Source of the DNA: a virus
Virus record (IMG/VR): IMGVR_UViG_3300037549_000096
Length of the DNA: 64,000 bases
Reading direction: 5' to 3' (one strand)
Position 1 is the stretch's first letter. Every line of letters begins with the position of its first letter. Shown here piece after piece: positions 31,751 to 42,366 of this stretch. The notes below the pieces were generated by a model. It was not told the DNA's origin. It was given only the letters and a program-made list of their open reading frames with translations, and did not search any database. Both the position numbers and the translations under genes were made by a program.

Positions 31751-32680
31751 TTAATTCAATGAAGTCAAGTAAGATTTTATCTTATTCTCTTGTTCTTGAG
31801 TACATGAATTACATAAACAAGACTTTTGTGAAGTATATTCTATAAAATCTAGAGCCAATTTAATATCTACTTCAGAAGAATCATTTGGATGAGCATAATT
31901 CATGTGACAATGACTACATAATGTAATTAAGTTTTTACAAGAAAATCTAAAATCTTTTTCTGTGTTCCAGGGAAGAATATGATGAACATGTAACCACTCA
32001 TTATCTTTCTTGCAAATAAAACATTTAAAATTATCTCTTTGCACTAATTTAATTCTTACAATAAAATGACCAAATCTAGATCTTTCTAATTGATTGATAA
32101 GTTTTTCATCTTCAGTTAATAATACAGGATAACGAGAGCAACCGCAACTTTTTGTATCGCCGCTATTTAAATGTCCTTTTTCTATAACTTTTAACTCACC
32201 GCATTCACATTGAGTTAAGTATTGTATAAGTCCGTATTGATTTTTAGGTCTTTCTTCGATAATTTCTAATTTACCAAATTTAGTTCCAGGTAAGATTTCG
32301 TATCCGCATTGACGACTACATCTTGTAGTGTTACCACTTTTAACATTATTAATAGGTAATGTAATTGTTTTACCGCAAACACATTCAAATTTATATAAAT
32401 GACCACTAACACCGTCTTTATATTCAACATATTCTAAACAAACTAAATCATTATATTGTTTTCCAATGTATTGATTTACGTCAATTTTTCTAGCACAACC
32501 ACAAGAACTAGATTTATTACCTAATAAACTTTGTCGATATACATCTTTTATTTTTCCACATTTACATTCACAAGAATATTTATAAATTCCATTTTTATCT
32601 TTTCCAATACATGATTTAACTGTTAACATACCAAATTGTTCACCTATTAAATCAGTAGGATCAACAGCTATTGGCATCAC
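31751..32680 (-). CDS. HNH homing endonuclease
   Basis: Three repeats of (FGxL..CxCxCG..SCGC) and C-terminal RDNFKCFIC..HVHHI..NLITLCSHCH. Confidence 0.85.
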   Translation of the reverse strand: MMPIAVDPTDLIGEQFGMLTVKSCIGKDKNGIYKYSCECKCGKIKDVYRQSLLGNKSSSCGCARKIDVNQYIGKQYNDLVCLEYVEYKDGVSGHLYKFECVCGKTITLPINNVKSGNTTRCSRQCGYEILPGTKFGKLEIIEERPKNQYGLIQYLTQCECGELKVIEKGHLNSGDTKSCGCSRYPVLLTEDEKLINQLERSRFGHFIVRIKLVQRDNFKCFICKKDNEWLHVHHILPWNTEKDFRFSCKNLITLCSHCHMNYAHPNDSSEVDIKLALDFIEYTSQKSCLCNSCTQEQENKIKSYLTSLN

Positions 32681-33195
32681 TCCCCCATTAACGATAAATA
32701 CTCGTTTAACGTTTTAAGTTTCAAAGCCTGATTAGACATAGCATCATCTTCATTAAAATCTGTAAATTTTAATAATTGATCATTTGTTACATCTTTAAAT
32801 AATTCTTTACCATAATCTGAAGTAAGTTTATCTAATTGAACTTGAGCAAAATGTAAAATTTTAGGTGCAATAATCCAACCTTCATCATATAAAATATGAG
32901 CAATGTAAACAATTACTGTATGATCTGCTGGTTCCGTAAATAATAATTTACGGTTCAATGCTTTTTCTGCTTTATCAACAGCATGAGCGATCATTAATAC
33001 ATTAGGAATATCTACAGTTTCAGGGTTTGGAATAAAACCATTTACCGCAAAACAGAATTTCTCAAAGCCTGGAACTGATTGTAGAATACCATTAGGATTA
33101 ACTAACAATGCTTTCATAGCAAATAACTCTTCCAAATCTTGATCACTCATTTCTGAGTGATTAAGTATGAGGGTTTCGTTATCTTGATGAAGCAT
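32677..33195 (-). CDS. hypothetical protein
   Basis: 172 aa, coupled to neighbours. Confidence 0.6.
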   Translation of the reverse strand: MLHQDNETLILNHSEMSDQDLEELFAMKALLVNPNGILQSVPGFEKFCFAVNGFIPNPETVDIPNVLMIAHAVDKAEKALNRKLLFTEPADHTVIVYIAHILYDEGWIIAPKILHFAQVQLDKLTSDYGKELFKDVTNDQLLKFTDFNEDDAMSNQALKLKTLNEYLSLMGE

Positions 33196-34103
33196 TATTT
33201 ATTCCTATGATCGTCAATCGCTTGTGCTACAGCTACTTTAACAAACTCAGGAGCCGTTTTTAAGTATACACAAGGATCAGTAGAAAGTCCATCTAAAATT
33301 TCGCCACCAAATAAGTTAGAAAAATCAAAATCCTTAATTGAAGCTACTTTATCAATATCATAAGGCCGACCATTTACAACCATCACAATAACTTTCTTTT
33401 GTTCTGGTTCTTTCATGGTAAGAAGAGAACGGAAAGGGTCAGTAATACCACGATCATAATGGCTATCAAGTCCAAATTTCTTATCAAGCATTCCAAGCAG
33501 CTTAAGTATAATTTCTTTGGATTCATCTGTCTTAGCCAAAGCATGATAAGCCTCTTTACCTTCTTTATCATCTACTTTAGAAGCACGATGTTTAATGATA
33601 TCCGACCAATCTTCTTTAAGGTGATCACCAGCATATTCTTCAACTATCTTGGGTAAACTAACATTTTCCTTATGACCAGCATCTTTTAACGATTGATAAC
33701 GATGAAGTAATTCTTTAGCTTTTTCATGACGTTCTTCAGGTTTGATATGTTTATAGTTTTGTTCAAAAATTTTAATTTCGGAAGCAAGTTTGATGAAAGT
33801 ATAGCCTTCTTCGGCAACTTTCTCTACTGTAAAAGGTGATTCATAACTTACATCATGTAATTTAAGAGCTTCTAAAATACGATCATGAACCGTCACATAC
33901 TCATCTTTATCAAGATGACTAGCTGCATTTTTCTCAAAATAAGCAGCAGACAGCCAAGTGTTACTAGCCGTGTCAATAGGGTAGAAAGATTCTCTACCGT
34001 CTGAATAAGCGTAGAATAATGGTGTTTCATTAGCTATTTTAACGAATTCTGGTAAATTCGTATCAGCTAAAACTAATAAGTTTGAGTCGTGAAGATGATC
34101 CAT
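33195..34103 (-). CDS. putative virion / head-associated protein
   Basis: 302 aa with KIA, KNA, KVA, KLA and KTA motifs like the head-operon proteins. Confidence 0.5.
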   Translation of the reverse strand: MDHLHDSNLLVLADTNLPEFVKIANETPLFYAYSDGRESFYPIDTASNTWLSAAYFEKNAASHLDKDEYVTVHDRILEALKLHDVSYESPFTVEKVAEEGYTFIKLASEIKIFEQNYKHIKPEERHEKAKELLHRYQSLKDAGHKENVSLPKIVEEYAGDHLKEDWSDIIKHRASKVDDKEGKEAYHALAKTDESKEIILKLLGMLDKKFGLDSHYDRGITDPFRSLLTMKEPEQKKVIVMVVNGRPYDIDKVASIKDFDFSNLFGGEILDGLSTDPCVYLKTAPEFVKVAVAQAIDDHRNK

Positions 34104-34114
34104 ATAAATCTCCG

Positions 34115-35401
34115 TTATAACGAATAAGAAGGTAATGCACCAGATTGTATACCAATGATAGTTAATTGAGTATAAATAGCTTCAGTAGCTTCAGTAGTAC
34201 CCATGCCAGCAGTACCTTGATATTTTATTCTAACATTACTAAGACTAGAACCAGCAGGAATAATCTGAAGAAAAACGTCATCGTCATTATTTTGACCAGT
34301 AGCATCATTAGAATTATTAGTTAAAGTAGCATTCATACTCATAATATTAGAAAATAAACCCGCTGGAATAGGTATGTCAAATTCAGGATTACTAGAATTA
34401 GCCCCACTACCAGAAGGGGCAGTATAACCCACAACAGGAATAGCTATAGGATTAGTAATACAAGTATAAATAATTAAATGAGGAATAGTAGAACCATTAC
34501 CACCAATAACAATCCAGCCATTATGAGCATAACTAGCACCACCTACTTCATAATCTATAGTAGCATTATTAGCATTATAATAAGAAGCGGCAGGCATTAA
34601 ATCACTTACGTTTTGCATTGTAGCTAAAGCGTTAGGTTCAGTAGCTAATTTAGTAGTAGCTGCTCTTGTATCTGCCCATTCTAATCTACAACCAGCATCA
34701 AACGTAGCATTAACACCAGTATTAGTAGTTCTACTAATATAACCTGCATTACAAGCTTGAAGAGTCATAATACTAAACGGATTGCCTTGTTCACCATAAT
34801 ATCGGCCATCTGTTACGTTAAGAAAGAAAGCACTAACAGAAGAGGCTAAAGCATCAAAACCAGCAAATTCAGAACCTCTAATACCGTCATCTAATAACCA
34901 TTTAACAACATTACTAGAATCAAAATTATCATAAATATAAGTAGCTTTACCTATTGAAGATAAAGTATTATTTGGAACCATATCTCCGGTGCGATTAATC
35001 ATATTGGTCAATTGATTATTAATAGGACTTAATACTTGATCTACATATTTCTTATTTACACCATGTAAAGGATCTGAAGGCATGAAATTAAAGTAACAAG
35101 CTGAACCTGCACCGAATCTAAATATACCTGTTTTCAATCCAGTACCAGCTAAGATATCACCTACTAAATAATTACCTATAAACATTTCTTTAGTATTATT
35201 TAAACTATCTAATCTAGCAGGAGAATGAATTGTACCTACTGGATTAGTAGTATCAGTAGAACTACCTTGGACTTCTAATTTAAGATTATTAATTAAAGTT
35301 AATGCATTAGATATTTCAGTTTGCATAGCTGTTAATTTTTGAGCCACTACGCTCAATTCGCCATTTTTAATAGAATCTATGAGATTTGTTAATTCACTCA
35401 T
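34115..35401 (-). CDS. tail fibre / receptor-binding protein
   Basis: N-terminal coil, HGVNKKYVD fibre motif, beta-rich C-terminus. Confidence 0.6.
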   Translation of the reverse strand: MSELTNLIDSIKNGELSVVAQKLTAMQTEISNALTLINNLKLEVQGSSTDTTNPVGTIHSPARLDSLNNTKEMFIGNYLVGDILAGTGLKTGIFRFGAGSACYFNFMPSDPLHGVNKKYVDQVLSPINNQLTNMINRTGDMVPNNTLSSIGKATYIYDNFDSSNVVKWLLDDGIRGSEFAGFDALASSVSAFFLNVTDGRYYGEQGNPFSIMTLQACNAGYISRTTNTGVNATFDAGCRLEWADTRAATTKLATEPNALATMQNVSDLMPAASYYNANNATIDYEVGGASYAHNGWIVIGGNGSTIPHLIIYTCITNPIAIPVVGYTAPSGSGANSSNPEFDIPIPAGLFSNIMSMNATLTNNSNDATGQNNDDDVFLQIIPAGSSLSNVRIKYQGTAGMGTTEATEAIYTQLTIIGIQSGALPSYSL

Positions 35402-35402
35402 G

Positions 35403-36788
35403 TTATCCAGTCACTTGATTAATAACAATATTGAACGAACCATAAGCCGTAGGATAAGGGAAGGCCGAAGTAGCTACAAATGGTTTACCTACTAGATAAT
35501 AATGACCAGAAGTTAAAGCAAATGAACCAACTACAGTACTACCACTAACATTACTAACTAAAGCTACTGTATCTGCGCCAATACTAGAACCTGGGTCAGT
35601 CGTACCCATATCATAAATTAAAGAAGCTTGATTAGATACGTCAAATCTATAATCTCCAGTAACATTACATAATAATACAACATAAGTTAAATAATCATTA
35701 GCGCCTGAAGTATAAGTAGTTGTTTCATCTCCAGTACTCCAGCTACCATCACTAATAGAACCATGATAAGTTTCAGTAAAATTAGTATTTAACGTATCAG
35801 CTACAACCGCAGTAACATTAAACCAATAACCACTATCATTAGTCGAAGATACGGTCATTGTTGCATTATAAACAATAGTATTAGAAACACCTGTTCCGCT
35901 AGAAGTTAGTATCCAAGTAGGAGTTCCACCAATAATAAATAAACCATAACCTTCCATACTTGAATTATAAGCAGGTAATGAACGTACTAGATTACCTAAA
36001 TCTATTCTTCTAACTACATGAAGATCAGCACTAGGAGTAGCGGTTACACTTAAGTTACCATTAACTGTTCCACCACTTAAAGGCAAATAAAAAGTAAAAG
36101 CTTGACCTACGTTAGTTGCGCTATCAGGTAATGTACCAAATAGCCCATTAATAGTATTATGTAAATTAGTTAAATCATTTTGAACAGCTATTTCTTTAGT
36201 TGAATCGGCTACAGTGGTTCCATAATAAACTTTTTCACTACCACCACGAAAGTAAACACTTCCAAGCGTGTGTTGTGATCCATTTGGAGTAACATCATCT
36301 GTTTTATTTAAATAAATAGCATTTAAATTTATTTGATTACCTTGAATAGCTTGCATTAAAGTCATGTAATTTACAACTTCATATTGAGATAACTCTTGAG
36401 CCGTATTACCGACATTATTAACATCTAAATAAGGAGTACCTTGAGCTTGATTTACATAACCTAAAAACGTCTGACCACCAAACATAAAAGAGATAGATCT
36501 AGCAGGTACACTAGTATCAGTAGGATCACCAAAAATCATTGGATAATTACCAACTGTCTGATAATTAGGCTCAACAATAGGTAATCCAGTATTAGGATCA
36601 ATTAAGTTTTGAGGATTAGGATTTTGTTTAGTTTTTAAAGCAAATTGTGACCATAATACAGCAAGTTCAGAATTAGCTTTAGCAGTAGCTACATCATTTT
36701 TAACAGTAGTTAAAATACTACCTAATACTGCAAGTTCGCCTTCAGTTAACTTACTAATCATATCTAAGAGTGTGGCGATATTACTCAT
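35403..36788 (-). CDS. tail fibre protein
   Basis: YLPLSGGTVNGNL and HVVRR fibre motifs; T/S/G-rich; N-terminus resembles that of 34115-35401. Confidence 0.65.
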   Translation of the reverse strand: MSNIATLLDMISKLTEGELAVLGSILTTVKNDVATAKANSELAVLWSQFALKTKQNPNPQNLIDPNTGLPIVEPNYQTVGNYPMIFGDPTDTSVPARSISFMFGGQTFLGYVNQAQGTPYLDVNNVGNTAQELSQYEVVNYMTLMQAIQGNQINLNAIYLNKTDDVTPNGSQHTLGSVYFRGGSEKVYYGTTVADSTKEIAVQNDLTNLHNTINGLFGTLPDSATNVGQAFTFYLPLSGGTVNGNLSVTATPSADLHVVRRIDLGNLVRSLPAYNSSMEGYGLFIIGGTPTWILTSSGTGVSNTIVYNATMTVSSTNDSGYWFNVTAVVADTLNTNFTETYHGSISDGSWSTGDETTTYTSGANDYLTYVVLLCNVTGDYRFDVSNQASLIYDMGTTDPGSSIGADTVALVSNVSGSTVVGSFALTSGHYYLVGKPFVATSAFPYPTAYGSFNIVINQVTG

Positions 36789-37714
36789 TAAGCCACCGTC
36801 CAGCCATTAACTAAAGGCATTGTAATTGCATAAGAAGAATCTATACTACTTGTAAAAGTGATATTACTTCTAGTAACGTTTATCGTCGCTATTACATATT
36901 GAATCGTATTACTACTATCAGTTACCCTATTTACAGTGATAGAACTTAATGCGTTATAAGTACTAGTAGTAGTAGTTACTGTAGCGGGACTTGTCGTATT
37001 ATCAGTTTTTACTATAGTAACAGTTTGTGATGTATAATTAAATTTAATCAAAGTAAATGAATCTGAATCACCAACTGTATCCTGGAGAGAGATACTATCT
37101 ATATTAGTAGAGCCATCATTTACGTAATTAATAATGCCAGTATAACCGGCAGGTATAGCTCCTGCGTAGATGGCTGAATTGACTATATCGGCTAAATTTT
37201 TCTTAAGTCTATATCTGTTAATTATATCAGTAATTTTAAAATTAACTAAACTGATAAATTCTACTAAAGACCTAAAAATAGTATTAACTCTTACAGAAGT
37301 TACTGAACCACCTTCAGGGATTTGTTGAATATTAAAAAAACCACCTACACTATCTTCAGGATTAGAATTATTCCAGTCGGTAGGATTGAAAGCTTCTGAA
37401 ATTAAAAATACAATATTAAAGGTATCAGTATTACCGTTAGCAGTTACAGTTACAGTATAATTAGCACCTAAAGTAAAATTATCAGAAGTACCAGTTAAAG
37501 CTATAGCTAGTTGAGGATTAGGAGTATTAGCATTAGTGGTAGTAATCGTAAAAGGCGCACCAGTAGGACCAGTAACAACTACTGTAGGTGTATCGGTAGT
37601 AACAGATTTATCTAAATTCAAAGTAATATTAACAATACTACTAGAAGAACCAAATTGTAAATTATTAGTTTCAACAACTAATAATTTTTGATCAGGCATA
37701 ATAAATGCAGACAT
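36788..37714 (-). CDS. tail / baseplate structural protein (Ig-like)
   Basis: Thr/Asn/Val-rich beta protein in the tail operon. Confidence 0.5.
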   Translation of the reverse strand: MSAFIMPDQKLLVVETNNLQFGSSSSIVNITLNLDKSVTTDTPTVVVTGPTGAPFTITTTNANTPNPQLAIALTGTSDNFTLGANYTVTVTANGNTDTFNIVFLISEAFNPTDWNNSNPEDSVGGFFNIQQIPEGGSVTSVRVNTIFRSLVEFISLVNFKITDIINRYRLKKNLADIVNSAIYAGAIPAGYTGIINYVNDGSTNIDSISLQDTVGDSDSFTLIKFNYTSQTVTIVKTDNTTSPATVTTTTSTYNALSSITVNRVTDSSNTIQYVIATINVTRSNITFTSSIDSSYAITMPLVNGWTVA

Positions 37715-37715
37715 A

Positions 37716-38090
37716 TTAGCGTCCCATCAAACTATCATTAATATAGAAACAGTCTTGATCTAAAAGAATCTGAGTACCATCTTGATCCTTGGCGTATAAT
37801 CTATATTCTCTTACTCTGTCAGATAAATAAGGGTTTGGTACAAAGTTTTTCAATGAGTTTTGAGTGATCTTTACATTTACTATATTTTCAGCATAACCAC
37901 GACATTCAGCAGAAATACTAATATCATTATCTAAAACTTCTATAATAGGTTCTTTAATCCCAGGTTCAAAAACTTGGAATAAAAATTGATTATATTCACT
38001 TAAATCATGTTCAGGTCTTTGTGTTTTACTATCAAAAAGACGAATCTTTTCAATATTATCACAAAAATTATTTACTACTATTACTGACAC
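37716..38090 (-). CDS. hypothetical (BppU-like) structural protein
   Basis: 124 aa, beta-rich, upstream of the fibre genes. Confidence 0.4.
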   Translation of the reverse strand: MSVIVVNNFCDNIEKIRLFDSKTQRPEHDLSEYNQFLFQVFEPGIKEPIIEVLDNDISISAECRGYAENIVNVKITQNSLKNFVPNPYLSDRVREYRLYAKDQDGTQILLDQDCFYINDSLMGR

Positions 38091-38352
38091 TATGTCTCCT
38101 AGTAGTTTTACTAATGCTTTTTCTTAGTTGATGTAGAATGGAGTCATAATTATAAAATTCTGTAGTAACAAATTCATCATATAAATTATTCATCACTTCT
38201 TGAGTAATGTCAAAACTAAAATTATATTTTTCAATCTTTTCTTGAGTTAATCCAGATGTTTTAATCACCTTTTCAGGAGGTTTTGTTAATTTATGTCCTT
38301 TTAACTGTAAATAAGCAGCAAAACCTAAACTAGAAGTGCCGATGTTTGACAT
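38068..38352 (-). CDS. DUF5659-like phage protein
   Basis: TSSLGFAAYLQLKG..YNFSF pattern. Confidence 0.5.
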   Translation of the reverse strand: MSNIGTSSLGFAAYLQLKGHKLTKPPEKVIKTSGLTQEKIEKYNFSFDITQEVMNNLYDEFVTTEFYNYDSILHQLRKSISKTTRRHSVSNSSK

Positions 38353-38409
38353 TTTATACCTCTAGCTTAACTATATCATAATTTACGTAGAAGATGCAAG
38401 TAAGTTATA

Positions 38410-39687
38410 TTAACTACCTGTAGATTGTATAAAAGATAAATATTTAACATGTAAAGGCCGAAAATATTCTAAGATAGAATTAATCCAAGATAAGCTTGGA
38501 TTAGCATAGCTAGTTACTGGAGATATTTCACATATTATAAGATTTTTAAAAAACAAATATACAGTTGGACTTAAACCAGGATTAGTCCATGAACTAAAAT
38601 CATAATAATGATAATATAGACTTGATAATCCATAAGAATAACTAGGAGCTTTTACTTGATTATTTAATAAAATTCCAAAATCAAATGTTATATCACTATT
38701 ATTTGGATCAAAAGTTAAATGTGGCATATCAAAATACAAAGCTGTAGGTAATTCATTAGGAGCTAAAGTTAATAAATCGAATAAATTAGCAGATTGGTTA
38801 GCTAATAAAACTTGTATAAATCTAGCCGGATTCATAACATATGAATAAATATCAACAGGACAAACACCTATAGCTTCATAGGCTGATATAGATGCGTTTG
38901 GTTGTTGAAATTTAGGTTTAGGTCCAATAGAGTATTGAGTTATTTCACCGTTAGATTCAATCCATGTATTCCATTCATCAAAATTAACTATAAACCCATC
39001 TTGAGTTACATAAGGTTGATCATAAGCGATTGAAAAAATACTTTCCAGTGAATCAATCGTTCCACCTAATGTTGCACAACGAATAAAAGCACATATTTGA
39101 GCTTTTATATTAAGTAAATATTGCTGATATTGATCTGAATTGATTTGTTGTGTATAAGATGTAATATTAGTATAAAAATCTAAATCGGTATTTATAAATG
39201 GTTTAATACCTGGGAACAAAGATCCCCATGTATTTAGCATATTACCATTATCAATTAAATATTGACGAATATATAAATATCTATCAGTAGAAGTTAATTG
39301 CGTTACTGGAATTTGTAATAAAGTTTTATTTAAAACTGTGTCTAAAAGAATATTAAATGTAAGACTATTATTAAACGTTAAATCACGGCTTAATGTATCT
39401 ATCAAAAAAGTACCTAAAGGTAATTCATAATAAAAATTACCATCCCCATTCATAGAAGGATCAGAAGGAATAATAGTTTGTTTTAGATCAATGACTTTAT
39501 AAAAATCAGTTAAATAAGGATCAGTCGTAAAAGGTGATAATTCATTAGCTATCATTTGCCATTTTTGTAAAGCAGAACCATATACATAAGAATAAGCATT
39601 TAAAAGGGTTGGTAAACCCTCTATTTGCTTAGTCCAAAAATCTGGTAACTGTGCTTGAAGTTGAGCTAACAGAGCAGATTGATCCAT
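38410..39687 (-). CDS. putative baseplate wedge protein
   Basis: LPDFW N-terminus, GGTIDSLE, C-terminal FRPLHVKY (P2 gpI-like PAH motif). Confidence 0.55.
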   Translation of the reverse strand: MDQSALLAQLQAQLPDFWTKQIEGLPTLLNAYSYVYGSALQKWQMIANELSPFTTDPYLTDFYKVIDLKQTIIPSDPSMNGDGNFYYELPLGTFLIDTLSRDLTFNNSLTFNILLDTVLNKTLLQIPVTQLTSTDRYLYIRQYLIDNGNMLNTWGSLFPGIKPFINTDLDFYTNITSYTQQINSDQYQQYLLNIKAQICAFIRCATLGGTIDSLESIFSIAYDQPYVTQDGFIVNFDEWNTWIESNGEITQYSIGPKPKFQQPNASISAYEAIGVCPVDIYSYVMNPARFIQVLLANQSANLFDLLTLAPNELPTALYFDMPHLTFDPNNSDITFDFGILLNNQVKAPSYSYGLSSLYYHYYDFSSWTNPGLSPTVYLFFKNLIICEISPVTSYANPSLSWINSILEYFRPLHVKYLSFIQSTGS

Positions 39688-41126
39688 TAGTGAATTTCCT
39701 TTAATTTGTCTAAGAAGGCTTTATTTAATTCAGCTTTTTCATTAGCACGATTACGAATATAGCTGTCAACCCCATTACTATGAGTATCAGGTTTAAAGAA
39801 TCGTTTAATTTTACCCATTAAACCCAATCTTGGATCTGAAATATATTCTTTAACTGTAACATTACGTTCTTTTTCAGGTAAATAGTCATGAGACATATAT
39901 CTAGCTGTACGACCAATAGCTTGATTAGATCTTTCTGGATTCCAATCTGGTTCCATTTTTTGCATTAAACGAGTACCGCGAAGATCTAATCCTTCAAAAC
40001 CAGCAGGGGATAAAAGTAAATGTTTTAATTTACCTCTATTATAATCCTTGATAATTTTAGTACGAGCCTCTTGTGACTCTTCTCCACTAAAAATAGCATG
40101 ATTAATATTATTACGTGTTAATTCTCTAGAAAATGGTTTAAGACCTGCATCTATGTAATTTGAAAATGTTACACTTTTAAAATTAGGATTATGTTTAATA
40201 CCGTGTCTAATATCATGAACCATAGAATGCATCTTAGGTGTTATATCTTTTCCACCAAAAGAAGATATTGAATTACTTATTTGTCTTGAAGTAGATAAAA
40301 ATGCATTTAATTTAACAGCCTCTTGTTTGGAGGGTGGAATATTGTTAGCAATTTTATAGCGCATCCAAAGAGGTAATTTCTTGTTAGCAAAATCATAATA
40401 AGATTGCTGTTCTTTACTCATTGTGGTATGGACGACTTCTTTATTTACCTTGGGAATATGTTTTAAATATTCTTCATTGCCACTAAAACTATGAATATAA
40501 GGTGTTACCATCTTTTTAAATGCATCAAGATTTTTAGGTTTAGTAACTTCTCCTGGTTTAGCTCTTAAAAAAGTTCTAGCTAAAAATCCAGGTCTAACTT
40601 TTTGATGTGTTAAGAAATCATTATCAAAGCTTTTGATATCACGAAAAACAGGACCACCAGCAGCTAAATTAACTAATGGCACTATCTCAGAAGGCTTATT
40701 AGAAAGCATTGATCCAGTTAAACCAATAAATTTCTTAATTTTCGGACGTACTTTATTAAATGCTTCATTCGTTAAAGTATCTTCATCACGCGAACGATGA
40801 ATTTCGTCTGCGATCAATACTGAAGGTTTAAATTTTTTAACTATTAATTCAGGATTTTTTCTAAATGTTTCAAGTGAAACAATATTATAGTTATCACCTT
40901 TAACATTAAACTTACGAAGTTCTTTGCTATAATTTTCGACCAATGAGGCAGGTGCAACGACTAATTTAGACCCTGGATCTTTTTCGCCTGCTAGAATAGA
41001 GGAAAATGTTTTACCTGAGCCTAGTCCATGATTAAAAATAATACCAGTTGTTTTAGTAGATTTGTTAGCGGCTTCTGATTGGTGTTTTTGAGCTAAGTTA
41101 TCTAGGCCGAATTTTTTAATCATCAT
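39687..41126 (-). CDS. second SNF2-family helicase
   Basis: HGLGSGKT, VVAPASL, ADEIHR, GLTGS, EGLDL, WNP..QAIGRTAR. Confidence 0.9.
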   Translation of the reverse strand: MMIKKFGLDNLAQKHQSEAANKSTKTTGIIFNHGLGSGKTFSSILAGEKDPGSKLVVAPASLVENYSKELRKFNVKGDNYNIVSLETFRKNPELIVKKFKPSVLIADEIHRSRDEDTLTNEAFNKVRPKIKKFIGLTGSMLSNKPSEIVPLVNLAAGGPVFRDIKSFDNDFLTHQKVRPGFLARTFLRAKPGEVTKPKNLDAFKKMVTPYIHSFSGNEEYLKHIPKVNKEVVHTTMSKEQQSYYDFANKKLPLWMRYKIANNIPPSKQEAVKLNAFLSTSRQISNSISSFGGKDITPKMHSMVHDIRHGIKHNPNFKSVTFSNYIDAGLKPFSRELTRNNINHAIFSGEESQEARTKIIKDYNRGKLKHLLLSPAGFEGLDLRGTRLMQKMEPDWNPERSNQAIGRTARYMSHDYLPEKERNVTVKEYISDPRLGLMGKIKRFFKPDTHSNGVDSYIRNRANEKAELNKAFLDKLKEIH

Positions 41127-41166
41127 GCACCGTTTAGTGTATACTTATATTAAATAGGGAGCATTT

Positions 41167-41781
41167 ATGTCTTATGCTTGTTTAGTACCTTTTTATCGTT
41201 TAGATACAGTTTCAAAAGCTATTGATTCCGCTATTAACGATGGTTGGAAAGTAGAAACTATGGAAGATAAAAATTATTATGGTGTTTGTAAAATGAGAGA
41301 AGCTTTATTAAATAGAGCTTTTGTAAATAAAGATATTAAATTTGTTAGATATCTTGATGATGATGACGTATTATTACCACACTTAGATTTAATTAAATCT
41401 GTTTTTGATTCAAATCCAGATATTGATTTAATCTATACAGATTATGTTGTAAATACATCTGTTAAGAAACAACATCATATCACTTTTCTTGGCGATCCCT
41501 TAAAAGATTGTATATCTGTTCATCCTTGGTCATGGATAGCAAGAGTTGAAGCGTTACATAAAATAAAAGATATATATGGAAATTTATGGAATTACGAAAA
41601 ACCATGTAGAGAAGGAACATATTGTTGGATTAACTTTTTAAAAGCTAAATTAAAAATGTTGTATGTTCCGGTAAAAGCTTATCAATATAATATAAGTTTT
41701 GGTCCTAACTGTATTAGTCAACACCCTTACTTTGGTCGTGAAACTTTGAACGTAGTAAATATAATCAAAAAATTAATGTAA
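41167..41781 (+). CDS. GT-A (GT2-like) glycosyltransferase
   Basis: GVCKMREALL..RYLDDDDVL..DLIYTD. Confidence 0.75.
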   Translation: MSYACLVPFYRLDTVSKAIDSAINDGWKVETMEDKNYYGVCKMREALLNRAFVNKDIKFVRYLDDDDVLLPHLDLIKSVFDSNPDIDLIYTDYVVNTSVKKQHHITFLGDPLKDCISVHPWSWIARVEALHKIKDIYGNLWNYEKPCREGTYCWINFLKAKLKMLYVPVKAYQYNISFGPNCISQHPYFGRETLNVVNIIKKLM

Positions 41782-42366
41782 TTTGGCTAAAGCTTCATGT
41801 AATAATTTAGATTCTTTATCAAAATTAGGATGATTACTTGTGTGGTTTGTTTGAGAGTTTTTATTCCATTGATACGAACTAATAGATAAATGTTTAAAAC
41901 TTAATTTAGCTTTTAAAAAATTATACCAACACCATCCACCTGTTCTACATTGTTTTCTTTGATCCCAAACATAACCATAATGTCTTTGAACCTGTTCTAG
42001 TGTTTCTTTTTTAGCTATCCACATCCAAGGTGCTGTATTCTCTGCATCTTTTTTAGGATCACCTGTTAATTTTATTAAATCAGTATTAATAATAAAATTA
42101 GTATAAACTATATCGATTGATTTATATTGTTCAAATATGTTTTGAACTTGTTCTAAATGTGGTAGTAAAATATCATCGTCATCTAAATATCTTATTAATT
42201 TAGCTTCTGTTGTGAAAGCCGTATTTAATAATTGTTCACGACTAACGTTCATTCCTTTTAAATCTTTATCATGTAAAGTTATAACATTCCATTTATTATT
42301 TTCAGCCGAATCAATAGCTGTTTGAACTGTATGTAAACGAGTGAACGGTATTAAACAAATATTCAT
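41773..42366 (-). CDS. GT-A (GT2-like) glycosyltransferase, paralog of 41167-41781
   Basis: GMNVSREQLL..RYLDDDDIL..DIVYTN. Confidence 0.75.
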   Translation of the reverse strand: MNICLIPFTRLHTVQTAIDSAENNKWNVITLHDKDLKGMNVSREQLLNTAFTTEAKLIRYLDDDDILLPHLEQVQNIFEQYKSIDIVYTNFIINTDLIKLTGDPKKDAENTAPWMWIAKKETLEQVQRHYGYVWDQRKQCRTGGWCWYNFLKAKLSFKHLSISSYQWNKNSQTNHTSNHPNFDKESKLLHEALAKLH

